Shown here one piece after another: positions 29,010 to 37,497 of a stretch of 64,000 nucleotides of DNA (its first letter is position 1; the number at the start of each line of letters is the position of its first letter). The DNA lies in contig CALCZR010000060.1 in assembly GCA_937903325.1 (NCBI GenBank), positions 18,404 to 82,403 on the forward strand, given 5' to 3'. The notes beneath the pieces are model-generated. The model did no database searches. It worked only from the letters and a program-made list of their open reading frames with translations, and was not told the DNA's origin. The translations under genes were made by a program, and so were the position numbers. Source of the DNA: an uncultured Candidatus Saccharibacteria bacterium (lineage in GTDB: Bacteria > Patescibacteriota > Saccharimonadia > Saccharimonadales > AWTP1-31).

Positions 29010-29393
29010 CTACTTTGTTAGCTCAACGATCTTCCTAGTCTTGTCTATGAGAATAAGCCTTCTTACAGGTTTTATGAATCTAAACTGACGTTCGACTTCA
29101 TTACGTATCTTTGACATGTGCATCTTTGATCTGCGAGCGTCAAAGACCACGTTACTGGATTGCTTAGCGGCAGCCTTAATTTGATGTTGCACGTTATACT
29201 TTCCGTCGCCTGTCGGACTCTTGAGTTCCCACTTAACACCTTTGATTCGGAAGTCTGGAGTCTTATGGTTAGAGCGCTGAATAAACTCAACGTCAGCCTT
29301 GAAATGCTCGGAAAGTAGCTGTGCAGCAGTGAGTTCATATCGAGCAGGCGAGGGCTTGAGACTAGTCGGGAGAACAATACGATACTTTGTCAT
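29010..29393 (-). CDS. Stand-alone PD-(D/E)xK-type nuclease-fold protein resembling CdiA-CT/toxin-type REase domains
   Basis: 127 aa from the ATG at 29393; the track's TTG start at 29411 lies inside the -10 element. The pattern is E-x-TAAQLLSEHF..VEFI....KTPDFRIKGVKWELKSP...QHQIKAAAKQSSNVVFDAR. This gives a D...ExK arrangement plus a conserved Q. The family assignment is from memory only. Confidence 0.45.
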   Translation of the reverse strand: MTKYRIVLPTSLKPSPARYELTAAQLLSEHFKADVEFIQRSNHKTPDFRIKGVKWELKSPTGDGKYNVQHQIKAAAKQSSNVVFDARRSKMHMSKIRNEVERQFRFIKPVRRLILIDKTRKIVELTK

Positions 29394-29467
29394 ATGAGAG
29401 GCACTATACAACTTCTGTACCGAACATAATATTCCTTAGGCTTACTATCTTCTGGCCAATAGAGCGT

Positions 29468-29935
29468 CTATATGAACCGTTGTGCTAAAGCCTGCTTGTT
29501 TGCCGTAAACAGCTGTTGCAAACTGAAATCGAATTCCTTGGTAGCAGTCCGTACCACGCAGCCCCCAGCAATGCTGGGCTGCACCCCTATCGCTAGTAAT
29601 GTATTAGGATGCCCGTTTTCCCGAAACCATCTCACTAGTACGCGGAGCGCTGGCTTAGTAGGATCAGACGCAAAACTAATCTGGACGATTGGTGCCGTGC
29701 GCCGTACAAAGTTTAGTTGCTTGAGTAGTTGAGATCGGTCACCGGAGAGTAAGAGGTTCAGCTTCGCTTCTTTGGCCATGGACTGCAGACTACTGCTGGT
29801 AAATGGCAACTTACCAGCAGTCTTTTTATTGGCATTCAGAAACTCATCTAACGCGAACAGTTCGCGCTGCACCTTACCCAGCTCAAGTGGCGTGACCACC
29901 ATGTCAGATAGCTGTATGCCGGGTTCAGAACTCAC
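29468..29935 (-). CDS. ATP synthase delta (OSCP)-like protein, divergent
   Basis: 155 aa. The C-terminal half, VQISFASDP....LLAIGVQPSIAGGCVVRTATKEFDFSLQQL, follows the delta-subunit pattern (A.V.SA...iGG..v..g....D.S). The N-terminal half is not typical. It overlaps the upstream b-like gene by 11 nt. Confidence 0.4.
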   Translation of the reverse strand: MSSEPGIQLSDMVVTPLELGKVQRELFALDEFLNANKKTAGKLPFTSSSLQSMAKEAKLNLLLSGDRSQLLKQLNFVRRTAPIVQISFASDPTKPALRVLVRWFRENGHPNTLLAIGVQPSIAGGCVVRTATKEFDFSLQQLFTANKQALAQRFI

Positions 29936-30527
29936 GCTTTATGTCCTCCACAATGGCAGTCTTATTCGCTTCCAGATTCTTCAGGATAAAGGTCACTTGC
30001 TCGTCTATCTCTAGGTGTGTACCAAGCGTTTGCTGTACGTGGTGCGTTACCACGTCTGCCATGTTTTCTTGGAAGCGTTCCAACCGACGAGCTTTTTCGA
30101 CTTTTAGTTCCTTGTCGAACTGCTCCCGCATAACCACTTGGTATTCAGAGATAGCCTTGTCTATCCGGGTAAAGGCTTCGCTCATGTGCTGCTGGGCAGC
30201 AGCTACTGACTGTTTCTGGTCCACAAATTCTTCCTTGAGAATTTCACCTGCTCGTTCTTTGACGTACTGAGCTACTTCTTCACTGATGTTGTGGAGGTCT
30301 TGCTGCAAAAATGCGGAGTTCTCTTCTAGGGTACGTTCGAACCGAGCAGCTCCTTTCTCTCGCAAATGCTGTCGGTATTCTTCGGTGAACAGATCACCAC
30401 CACGACCTCCGCCGCCTCCACCGCGCACCTTACCGAGGCGTACAGCAACCCAGACAAAAGCCAGCAGTATCGCTCCGACACTCCCGACCCAGGTCAACAA
30501 CAGCGCTAGTTGTACGTCCATACCCAC
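29925..30527 (-). CDS. ATP synthase subunit b-like protein (N-terminal TM helix + long coiled coil)
   Basis: 200 aa. The TM helix is LALLLTWVGSVGAILLAFVWVAV, followed by a Gly run (RGGGGGGRGG) and a heptad-like E/K/Q-rich helix. The C-terminus VQQTLGTHLEIDEQVTFILKNL resembles the b-subunit end (ILGreLdeeaq..li). Upstream lie its own TATACT and an AGGTGG SD. Confidence 0.4.
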   Translation of the reverse strand: MGMDVQLALLLTWVGSVGAILLAFVWVAVRLGKVRGGGGGGRGGDLFTEEYRQHLREKGAARFERTLEENSAFLQQDLHNISEEVAQYVKERAGEILKEEFVDQKQSVAAAQQHMSEAFTRIDKAISEYQVVMREQFDKELKVEKARRLERFQENMADVVTHHVQQTLGTHLEIDEQVTFILKNLEANKTAIVEDIKREF

Positions 30528-30594
30528 CTATCTTGCTTATGCAAAAAGTATAGCAATATTAGGGAGTTTTGTCTGCTATTAGGGACGTAGCTGC

Positions 30595-31542
30595 TCAGCT
30601 TACAACATTGATAGGATCGCCATTTGCGTAAGCCTCAATGTTTTCAACAATGATATTAGCCAAATTCTCAAGTGATTCCTGTGTAAACCAGCCTACATGA
30701 GGTGTAAGCACTACATTATCTAGGCCAACTAGAGGATTGCCCGTAGACCAGTCATTTAAGAAATCAAGTCCCGCTCCAGCAATTCGTCCTTCCTGAAGTG
30801 CGTCAGCAAGAGCTATGTCATCCACAAAACCTCCACGAGCTGTATTAATTAAGATAGATGTCTTTTTCATTAACTTAAGAGTATCAACATTTATAAGATT
30901 CCGCTGCTCGTTTGAAAGCGCACCATTTAAGGAGACAACATCACTCCTTCGGAGTAGCTCTTCAAGTTCTACCAACTCAACCCCGGAAACATTCCGAGGT
31001 GTACGATTAGAAGCCAGAACTCTCATGCCTAGAGCAGATGCAATCTTAGCAACATTCATACCAATCTCACCTAACCCAATAATACCCATTGTCTTGCCGC
31101 TTAAATTCATACCAAGATATCGGTCATGTTCTCGGTTAGCAGGATCAAGCTGAAATGGTGCTCGACGCATAGCCTTGTCGCCTAATGCAACATGTCTCAC
31201 AGTCGCGAAAAGTAGTGCTATAGCATGTTCAGCAACGCCTTGCGCACCAAAACTAGGGACATTCGATACAATAATGCCATGCTCATGAGCAGCTTTTAGA
31301 TCAACTAGGTCAAAGCCCGTTGTGTTGATGCTCATAAATTTAACTGAAGGTATATTAGCAAAGACAGTTCGCGTGAGTGGAGCTTCGAACATATCGGTTA
31401 TAGCAACATCAGCCCCTTTCAATCGCTCGATAACTTGCTGTTCACTCTTCGTGTTCAAGGCGATTTCTACATCACCAAGTTTCTTAAGTGTTTGTATATG
31501 AGATTCATTCAAGAACGAATCATTCAGAATAACTATCTTCAT
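30595..31542 (-). CDS. D-isomer-specific 2-hydroxyacid dehydrogenase (glycerate/phosphoglycerate dehydrogenase family)
   Basis: 315 aa. The NAD motif is GIIGLGEIGMNVA, and the catalytic region contains NTARGGFVD and TPHVGWFT. Confidence 0.85.
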   Translation of the reverse strand: MKIVILNDSFLNESHIQTLKKLGDVEIALNTKSEQQVIERLKGADVAITDMFEAPLTRTVFANIPSVKFMSINTTGFDLVDLKAAHEHGIIVSNVPSFGAQGVAEHAIALLFATVRHVALGDKAMRRAPFQLDPANREHDRYLGMNLSGKTMGIIGLGEIGMNVAKIASALGMRVLASNRTPRNVSGVELVELEELLRRSDVVSLNGALSNEQRNLINVDTLKLMKKTSILINTARGGFVDDIALADALQEGRIAGAGLDFLNDWSTGNPLVGLDNVVLTPHVGWFTQESLENLANIIVENIEAYANGDPINVVS

Positions 31543-31582
31543 AAGAATAATACTAACAGATTGATCTTCCCTAAGTAATAAA

Positions 31583-32722
31583 CTACTTAGCTAGAACGTC
31601 TACGAGTGCAGCAATCGTAGCCTTGATATCAGCTTCCGTCGTAGCTCGTCCCATACTAAACCTTAGGCTAGCCTGAGCCTCTTCGTCACTCAGCCCAATA
31701 GCCTTCAGAACATGAGATGGTTCGTCACTGCTTGCACTACAGGCAGACCCAACAGCACACATAATGGCCTGTTCATCGAGTTCCATCATGAGTCGTTCGT
31801 TGTCGGTACCTGGGATCGTGATATGCACGTTGTTGGGAGTTCGGTATTTTACTGACCCGTTCACTACAGCGGCTGGAAGTTGTTTCTCAAGTTCAGATAT
31901 AAAGAGCTGTTGCAGAACGCCAACTTGTTTACTAAGTTCTTGTCGCCCAGCAGTTGCTAGCTGGAGCGCTTTACTAAAACCGATAATACCCGCTACGTTT
32001 TCGGTACCACTACGGCGACCGAACTCTTGACCACCACCAACAATACGAGCACCGATCTTTACCTGTGCGTCTGCGTACAGTACGCCGGATTGCTTTGGTC
32101 CGTAGATCTTACCACCGTTTAGAGTCATAAGATCGACACCCAGCCGAGGAACATGAATATCTAGATATAACGGGGCCTGTGCAGCATCCGTGTGGAAATA
32201 TAATGGCAAGTCATTACCAGCCTTTTGTCGTTCCTCTCGGATGGTCTGGATGAGCTTAGCAACACGAGAAAGTGGCATGACGGTACCTATTTCATTGTTT
32301 ACGCACATAACGCTAACTAGTACAGTTTTGTCGGTAATAGCCTGAGCCAACTCATCGAGGTCAATACGACCGTCTGCCTGCACTGGTGCAAGAGTATGAT
32401 CATAGACTTTAGCAGATTCGAGTACTGAATCATGCTCCACCGCACTAACTACAATATGACTCCCCGGGAACTGACTCATGACACCGTGAATAGCTAGGTT
32501 ATTAGCTTCCGTGCCACCGGCCGTAAAGGTTATTTCTGCAGGACGCACGCCAAGATTCTGAGCTACTGAGTGACGCGCTTCAGCAATATCCTTACCAACA
32601 GCCTTTGCGCTTAGGTAGACGGCGCTGGGGTTATAAAACTGCTGCGAGTAGTAGGGCTGCATTGCAGCAAACACTTGGTCGTCTAATGGAGTTGCAGCTG
32701 CGTGGTCGAGATAAATTGACAT
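31583..32722 (-). CDS. Cysteine desulfurase (class V aminotransferase, NifS/IscS family)
   Basis: Supporting motifs are IYLDHAAATP, FHTDAAQA, the PLP-Lys region NGGKIYGPKQSGVLY, RSGTENV and the catalytic Cys in GSACSAS. I prefer the start at 32722 (MSIYLDH...). Confidence 0.85.
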   Translation of the reverse strand: MSIYLDHAAATPLDDQVFAAMQPYYSQQFYNPSAVYLSAKAVGKDIAEARHSVAQNLGVRPAEITFTAGGTEANNLAIHGVMSQFPGSHIVVSAVEHDSVLESAKVYDHTLAPVQADGRIDLDELAQAITDKTVLVSVMCVNNEIGTVMPLSRVAKLIQTIREERQKAGNDLPLYFHTDAAQAPLYLDIHVPRLGVDLMTLNGGKIYGPKQSGVLYADAQVKIGARIVGGGQEFGRRSGTENVAGIIGFSKALQLATAGRQELSKQVGVLQQLFISELEKQLPAAVVNGSVKYRTPNNVHITIPGTDNERLMMELDEQAIMCAVGSACSASSDEPSHVLKAIGLSDEEAQASLRFSMGRATTEADIKATIAALVDVLAK

Positions 32723-32746
32723 AACGAAGTTCCTGCCAAGCACCTA

Positions 32747-33115
32747 TTAAATTCGGCTATATAGCTCTTTGTTAACGCGTTTCTGGTATAAGTGAGCAGC
32801 GTCACGGAGGTGTCGGGCTTCGTCAGCGGTCACGTACTGGTAACGGTTGCCATCTTGGGCCTTGAGGATACCATTAGGTCGGATGTCATAACGAGTCGTC
32901 TTGCTACGGTGTTGGCCGTTCTCATCGGTCCACTCTTCGTGCCATACCCAGGTTCGGGAATCGAGGCAGAAGAACTCACGCTTGCCACCAGCAGGTACGG
33001 GGCCAAACAACGTTCCGCCAATTTTAGCTTCGTGTCGGATAAGATTACGGTATAGCTCCGCTTCGCGGTCTTGCTGATTAGTGCCCATAATCGTTTTGAG
33101 GAGTCGTTGGATCAT
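32747..33115 (-). CDS. Hypothetical protein
   Basis: The track ORF reaches 33166 but overlaps the upstream gene. The ATG at 33115 lies 1 nt after that gene's stop, giving 122 aa. No motif recognised. Confidence 0.5.
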   Translation of the reverse strand: MIQRLLKTIMGTNQQDREAELYRNLIRHEAKIGGTLFGPVPAGGKREFFCLDSRTWVWHEEWTDENGQHRSKTTRYDIRPNGILKAQDGNRYQYVTADEARHLRDAAHLYQKRVNKELYSRI

Positions 33116-33116
33116 G

Positions 33117-33596
33117 TTACGCCGCCTGTTGACGAGCGATTTCTGCGTTGCGCAGTGCTTCGTCAATTAGTGCTTGCTGCTGGTCAGTGTAAGCAACCTG
33201 GGTTCGTTCTGGAAGTGGAGCAGTTGTTGAAACAAAGTCTTCGTTTGCAATAGGTTGCATACGAGCTTGCTCAACTTGTGCTCGGTAGTCATCGAGACTT
33301 GTGACTGTAGCTAGTCCTTCAATATACTGCTCGTGAGTGGCTGGTTCTGGCTGTGATTCCACACTAGCAAGACGCCCGACAGTGTTAGCAGCTACTGCTA
33401 CTGCCTCAGCCTTAGCAGCTGCGGTTACCTCAGGATCTACATAAGCTTCAAGACCTAACACCGACTCAGATACGTGGTCGAGTCCACGGATACTGCTTGC
33501 CAGCTCACCCTGTCGTCCTTGGGTAATTTCAACAAGAGAACGCACATTTTCGATGGCGTCACCAGTGAATGATCCGATGGTTTCTAATATACTCAT
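33117..33596 (-). CDS. Hypothetical protein (Ala/Glu-rich)
   Basis: 159-aa ORF tightly coupled to its neighbours. No motif recognised. Confidence 0.5.
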   Translation of the reverse strand: MSILETIGSFTGDAIENVRSLVEITQGRQGELASSIRGLDHVSESVLGLEAYVDPEVTAAAKAEAVAVAANTVGRLASVESQPEPATHEQYIEGLATVTSLDDYRAQVEQARMQPIANEDFVSTTAPLPERTQVAYTDQQQALIDEALRNAEIARQQAA

Positions 33597-33602
33597 AATT
33601 GG

Positions 33603-34409
33603 TTAAACAAGATTGAATAAGCCTTTAGCGTTCTGAGTGGTGACTTCAGCAAAGTCTTCTAGGGGTTCACCTCTCAACTCGCTCAAAAATGCAGCTGTTA
33701 CAGCCACATGTTTAGGCTGGCAAATTGTACCACGAAAAGGAGTTGGAGTCAAGAAGGGAGCATCTGTTTCTACAACAATTTTGTAGAGGGGAACTTGCTT
33801 AGCGGCCGCCAGTTGCTCTGGATCTTTGCTAAACGTCATAATGCCGTTTAGTCCCACGAACAAATCCCGCTTCAGTATCTCTGTTAATTCCTCTGTTCCG
33901 GCGCTAAAACTGTGGATCACACCCCGAATCTTAGAGGTTTGGTCAAACTCATCGTAAATAGACCAAAAATCCTCCCACACGTCTTTGCCTCCCGATTCCT
34001 TACTACCCCGCACATGGAAAATGACCGGCAGACCGTGTTCTTGGGCCACCGTTAGCTGGAATCGTAGCAGTGCTATTTGGTCATCTCTGTCTGAATGACT
34101 GTAGTAGTAATCTAACCCTATCTCCCCAATTGCCACCACCTTGGGCTTGCTGGCCAGCGCATGGAATTCTTGTAGAGCCTTATCGTCACCAACGTACTGC
34201 TTGGCTTCATGCGGATGCAGGCCAATACTAGCCCACACACTACCGTACTGTGCAGCCATCTGCACACTCAGTTTACTATCTGCAAGGGTACAGCCCACGC
34301 AGAGCATCCGGGTAACCCCATCCGCCTGCGCGGCCGCAATAACCTCGCCAGTATCGAGTTCATAGTCCGAAAAATGGATGTGGCAGTGGGTATCGACAAA
34401 CTCAATCAT
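33603..34409 (-). CDS. tatD: TatD-family metal-dependent hydrolase/DNase
   Basis: 268 aa. The motifs are FVDTHCHIHF, IGEIGLDYYY, VIFHVR, HSFSG-like (IHSFSAG) and ETDAPFLTP. Confidence 0.9.
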   Translation of the reverse strand: MIEFVDTHCHIHFSDYELDTGEVIAAAQADGVTRMLCVGCTLADSKLSVQMAAQYGSVWASIGLHPHEAKQYVGDDKALQEFHALASKPKVVAIGEIGLDYYYSHSDRDDQIALLRFQLTVAQEHGLPVIFHVRGSKESGGKDVWEDFWSIYDEFDQTSKIRGVIHSFSAGTEELTEILKRDLFVGLNGIMTFSKDPEQLAAAKQVPLYKIVVETDAPFLTPTPFRGTICQPKHVAVTAAFLSELRGEPLEDFAEVTTQNAKGLFNLV

Positions 34410-34412
34410 GTA

Positions 34413-34988
34413 TTAGATTTGATCTGGGTTAGGCTTATTGACTGGATCGTAGATAACTTGCAGTAACTTAACGTTAAAGTTATTGATCCCGGTTTCTTCT
34501 AGATTGATAGTTTGCGCACCGCACGCCCATCTCGCTCCGTTCTGCTGACATTGATATATCTCTGTAGTCACAAACCGCACCCGCAAATACTTATCCTTCT
34601 TGTGAAAAATAACTTCTGGATTATTGATCTCAGTATTGGTAGGGCCATAGTAGCTAAATTTGCCAGCCACAAAACCTTGTTGACCAAGTGTGGTCGATAT
34701 CTTCGCATACAATTCACCAAAAGGAGCGTTTGGTCTAAGTTCAACCTGTGCCGGTGCGCTGTTGCCTGTCAAGATATCACCATTCGGTCGTGCTGTTGCC
34801 TCTGTTTTAGCATCTGGCAAAATCTGAACCGAGTTTAAGTACCTTTTACTCAAAATCGGATCAACCAACTGTATCTTCAGAATACCTCCTAGTCCCCACA
34901 AAAAGGGACTAACAAAAGCTAGTAGAATAACTCCAACGACTAGTTTCTGTACGGATATACGTCTTCGGCTAGGCTGTATGGGCTGCAT
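34413..34988 (-). CDS. Membrane-anchored hypothetical protein
   Basis: 191 aa with an N-terminal basic stretch plus TM helix (LVVGVILLAFVSPFLWGLGGIL). A TATACT ends 7 nt upstream of the ATG. Confidence 0.6.
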   Translation of the reverse strand: MQPIQPSRRRISVQKLVVGVILLAFVSPFLWGLGGILKIQLVDPILSKRYLNSVQILPDAKTEATARPNGDILTGNSAPAQVELRPNAPFGELYAKISTTLGQQGFVAGKFSYYGPTNTEINNPEVIFHKKDKYLRVRFVTTEIYQCQQNGARWACGAQTINLEETGINNFNVKLLQVIYDPVNKPNPDQI

Positions 34989-35008
34989 GCATGTCAGTAT
35001 AACATTAG

Positions 35009-36463
35009 CTATTTTTTGGTCGTCTTCTTATCAGTTTCGTGCTTTGGAAATAGTGTAGCTTCAATTGGGCGTACAACCCCTTCTTCGAAGACATGCTTAA
35101 TCTTGCCGGCCGTTTCAGGCATGAATGGTTCGAGGAGATCGGCTACCTGGATTAAGTTACTAGCTTGGTAGGCCAGTACTTCCTGGAGATGCTCTTCGTC
35201 ACCTTCTTTAGCGATAGCCCAGGGCTTTTGCTCGTCGATGTACTGGTTAATACCACGAACCTGCTCCCAAACCATATCTAGTGCCCGGTCGAATCGGCAG
35301 GCTTCAATAGCTTCCCAGTACTGCGCCTTGTCGTGGTTAGCAGCAGGAATTTCACCAATAATACCCTTCTGGTACTTGGTGATCATAGCTGCGGTACGCT
35401 GTACGGCATTACCGAGCTCATTAGCCAGTTCGTTATTGTAAGCTCTCTCGAGTAACTCCCATGAGAAATCACCGTCGTCGTAGCTGGGGATGTGCCGCAG
35501 GATGTAGTAACGGAAAACGTCAGCATTGTACTTCTTGACAATTTCTTGCGGGCTAATGACATTTCCAAGAGATTTACTCATCTTGCCACCGGCGATGTTA
35601 ATGAAGCCATGGGCAAAGACTTTTTCAGGCAACGGCAAACCAAGCGCTAACAGCATGCCAGGCCAAATAGCAGCATGAAAACGGATAATATCTTTTCCTA
35701 CAATTTGTACATTTGCTGGCCAGAACTTCTTGTAGTCTTCGTGTTCTGGATAACCCAGGACCGTCAGGTAGTTCATGAGGGCTTCAAACCAGACGTACAT
35801 TACTTGGTTTTTATCACCAGGCACTGGAATACCCCAGGTTAGCTTAGCGGCTGGTCGAGAGATACTAATATCTTCCAGGCCTTCTATGATTAGTGACAAG
35901 ACTTCGTTACGCCGAGTATTCGGAATAACCTCAAAGGTTCCAGCCTGGATAGCCGCTCGAATCCGGTCTGAATACGCAGACAGCTTAAAGAAGTAATTCT
36001 CTTCTTCGATTCGTTCGTACGGTTTGTTGTGGTGCGGACAGCTGTTCTTATTTGCTTTAGCTACCGCTTCGGTAACAAACTCTTCACAGCCCGTACAATA
36101 CAAGCCAATGTACTTGCTTTTGTAGATATCTTTCTCAAGTTGCTTCCAGATAATCTGGGCGCGTTGCTCGTGGCCGGCGTCAGTTGTCCGGATAAAGCGG
36201 TCATTACTGATGTTCAATAGCTTTCCAAGATCACGAAACTTCTGACTCTGCTGGTCAGCTAAAGCTTTGGGGGTTAGCTTTAGCTCAGCAGCTTTTTCAG
36301 CGATCTTGCTACCGTGTTCGTCGGAACCGGTTGTAAACAGTGTTGGCTTATTTTGCTTACGAGCAGCCCGGGCCAATACGTCAGCCATGACAAGTTCAAG
36401 ACCAAAGCCGATATGGGGGTCGCCGTTAACGTACGGAATAGAGGTGGTAACGTAATAATTCAT
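35009..36463 (-). CDS. metG: Methionine--tRNA ligase (short form without C-terminal tRNA-binding domain)
   Basis: 484 aa. The HIGH-type motif is PYVNGDPHIGF and the KMSKS motif is GKMSKSLGN. A TACAAT ends 6 nt upstream of the ATG. Confidence 0.95.
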   Translation of the reverse strand: MNYYVTTSIPYVNGDPHIGFGLELVMADVLARAARKQNKPTLFTTGSDEHGSKIAEKAAELKLTPKALADQQSQKFRDLGKLLNISNDRFIRTTDAGHEQRAQIIWKQLEKDIYKSKYIGLYCTGCEEFVTEAVAKANKNSCPHHNKPYERIEEENYFFKLSAYSDRIRAAIQAGTFEVIPNTRRNEVLSLIIEGLEDISISRPAAKLTWGIPVPGDKNQVMYVWFEALMNYLTVLGYPEHEDYKKFWPANVQIVGKDIIRFHAAIWPGMLLALGLPLPEKVFAHGFINIAGGKMSKSLGNVISPQEIVKKYNADVFRYYILRHIPSYDDGDFSWELLERAYNNELANELGNAVQRTAAMITKYQKGIIGEIPAANHDKAQYWEAIEACRFDRALDMVWEQVRGINQYIDEQKPWAIAKEGDEEHLQEVLAYQASNLIQVADLLEPFMPETAGKIKHVFEEGVVRPIEATLFPKHETDKKTTKK

Positions 36464-36511
36464 GAATATATTGTACCTTTTATTAGATTAATAACAGAAA
36501 TATAAGAGTAA

Positions 36512-36581
36512 AGAAAAGCAAGCCCCGCTAGGGCATGATCATCATTGCGCGGAGCGCTACAACCTGGGAAACTGCTTTTCT
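36512..36581 (-). other. Candidate structured RNA element or compound terminator: a 9-bp perfect closing stem (AGAAAAGCA/TGCTTTTCT) around a 52-nt interior with two GC-rich mini-hairpins
   Basis: Read directly. It lies in the 3' region of the NUDIX operon. On the transcribed (minus) strand, U-rich sequence (UUUACUCUUAUAUUU) follows the 3' arm. Confidence 0.3.
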
Positions 36582-36641
36582 CATTAGCTATAAGTATACT
36601 ACCTCTGTAAAGAGATAGCCAGGGAGATAAGTAAAGGATAG

Positions 36642-37172
36642 CTAAAATAGACTTATCTGTGGACTTTCAGCTTCAGCCGCGCTGCCATCAACGGCAGCAT
36701 CGGCCGAGACTCCAAGGATGTCGGCCAAACGGTCGATAAATTCAGCTTGTGCTGCCACCAACTTTTCTTTAGCGATAGCCAAACTAAACCAACTCGCACG
36801 GTCTATCTCAGGGAACTCCTGTTCGTTACCTGACCGTGATGGCCACTGCATGCTAAAGGTATTACTCTTGACGGTTGCCACATTAAAGTCACCCTCTACC
36901 GCCCACGCGTAGATAACTTTGCCGCTCTTCATCTTAACCGTACCAAGGTCTAACAGCTCACCTTCTGGCGGCTTACTACCTAGCTCTTCTTGATACTCTC
37001 GCTTAGCCGCATCAATAGCCAACTCGTCATCAAATTCACCTTTAGGAATAGACCAGACACCCTTGTCTTTCTTGGCCCAGAACGGACCACCGGGATGGCC
37101 CAACAGAACTTCGATATCCTTAGTGCCCTTGCGATACAGGAGTATGCCAGCGCTCTGTTTGTTCTTACTCAT
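36642..37172 (-). CDS. NUDIX-family NTP pyrophosphohydrolase (COG4119-like)
   Basis: 176 aa. The key stretch is SAGILLYR...EVLLGHPGGPFWAKKDKGVWSIPKGE...AAKREYQEELG, which contains the Nudix box. Confidence 0.85.
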   Translation of the reverse strand: MSKNKQSAGILLYRKGTKDIEVLLGHPGGPFWAKKDKGVWSIPKGEFDDELAIDAAKREYQEELGSKPPEGELLDLGTVKMKSGKVIYAWAVEGDFNVATVKSNTFSMQWPSRSGNEQEFPEIDRASWFSLAIAKEKLVAAQAEFIDRLADILGVSADAAVDGSAAEAESPQISLF

Positions 37173-37497
37173 GAGTCCAGACTCGTTTCTGGTTCTTTGC
37201 TTCTTTACGCCGAAACGCCTCTTCTAGGTCTATTCCTAACCGATTACACAAGTCTATGAGCAGCCACAACACGTCAGCCGCTTCTTCAGCTACGTCATTT
37301 ACTCGAGACTGCTTATCTACCTTCACACCACTTATCTTGCGAACTGCTTTAGCAAACTCACCGACTTCTTCGGTGAGGAGCATAAAGACTTCAGGTATTG
37401 TTTCTTCGTAGAAGCCACGCTCGACGATCAGCTGCTTAATGAGCGATTGGTAGTCACCGAGCGTTGGGTGAGTAGGTAGTGGATCTGCTTGGCTCAT
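37165..37497 (-). CDS. MazG-like nucleotide pyrophosphohydrolase
   Basis: 110 aa. EExxE/D-type motifs are LTEEVGEFAKAV and EEAADVLWLLIDL. It overlaps the NUDIX gene by 8 nt and the upstream gene by 4 nt. Confidence 0.8.
   Translation of the reverse strand: MSQADPLPTHPTLGDYQSLIKQLIVERGFYEETIPEVFMLLTEEVGEFAKAVRKISGVKVDKQSRVNDVAEEAADVLWLLIDLCNRLGIDLEEAFRRKEAKNQKRVWTHE

Noticed and set aside
30395-30430. GC-rich run encoding RGGGGGGRGG as a slippage-prone or phase-variable tract
   Set aside because: The DNA (ccgccgcctccaccgcg) uses mixed Gly codons. It is not a homopolymer or simple repeat, so phase variation is unlikely.
36464-36641. Possible T-box or riboswitch leader for metG
   Set aside because: metG has a TACAAT ending 6 nt before its ATG, so there is essentially no leader. 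I saw no T-box specifier or antiterminator sequence and no SAM-riboswitch core. The structure is better read as the 3' end of the upstream operon.
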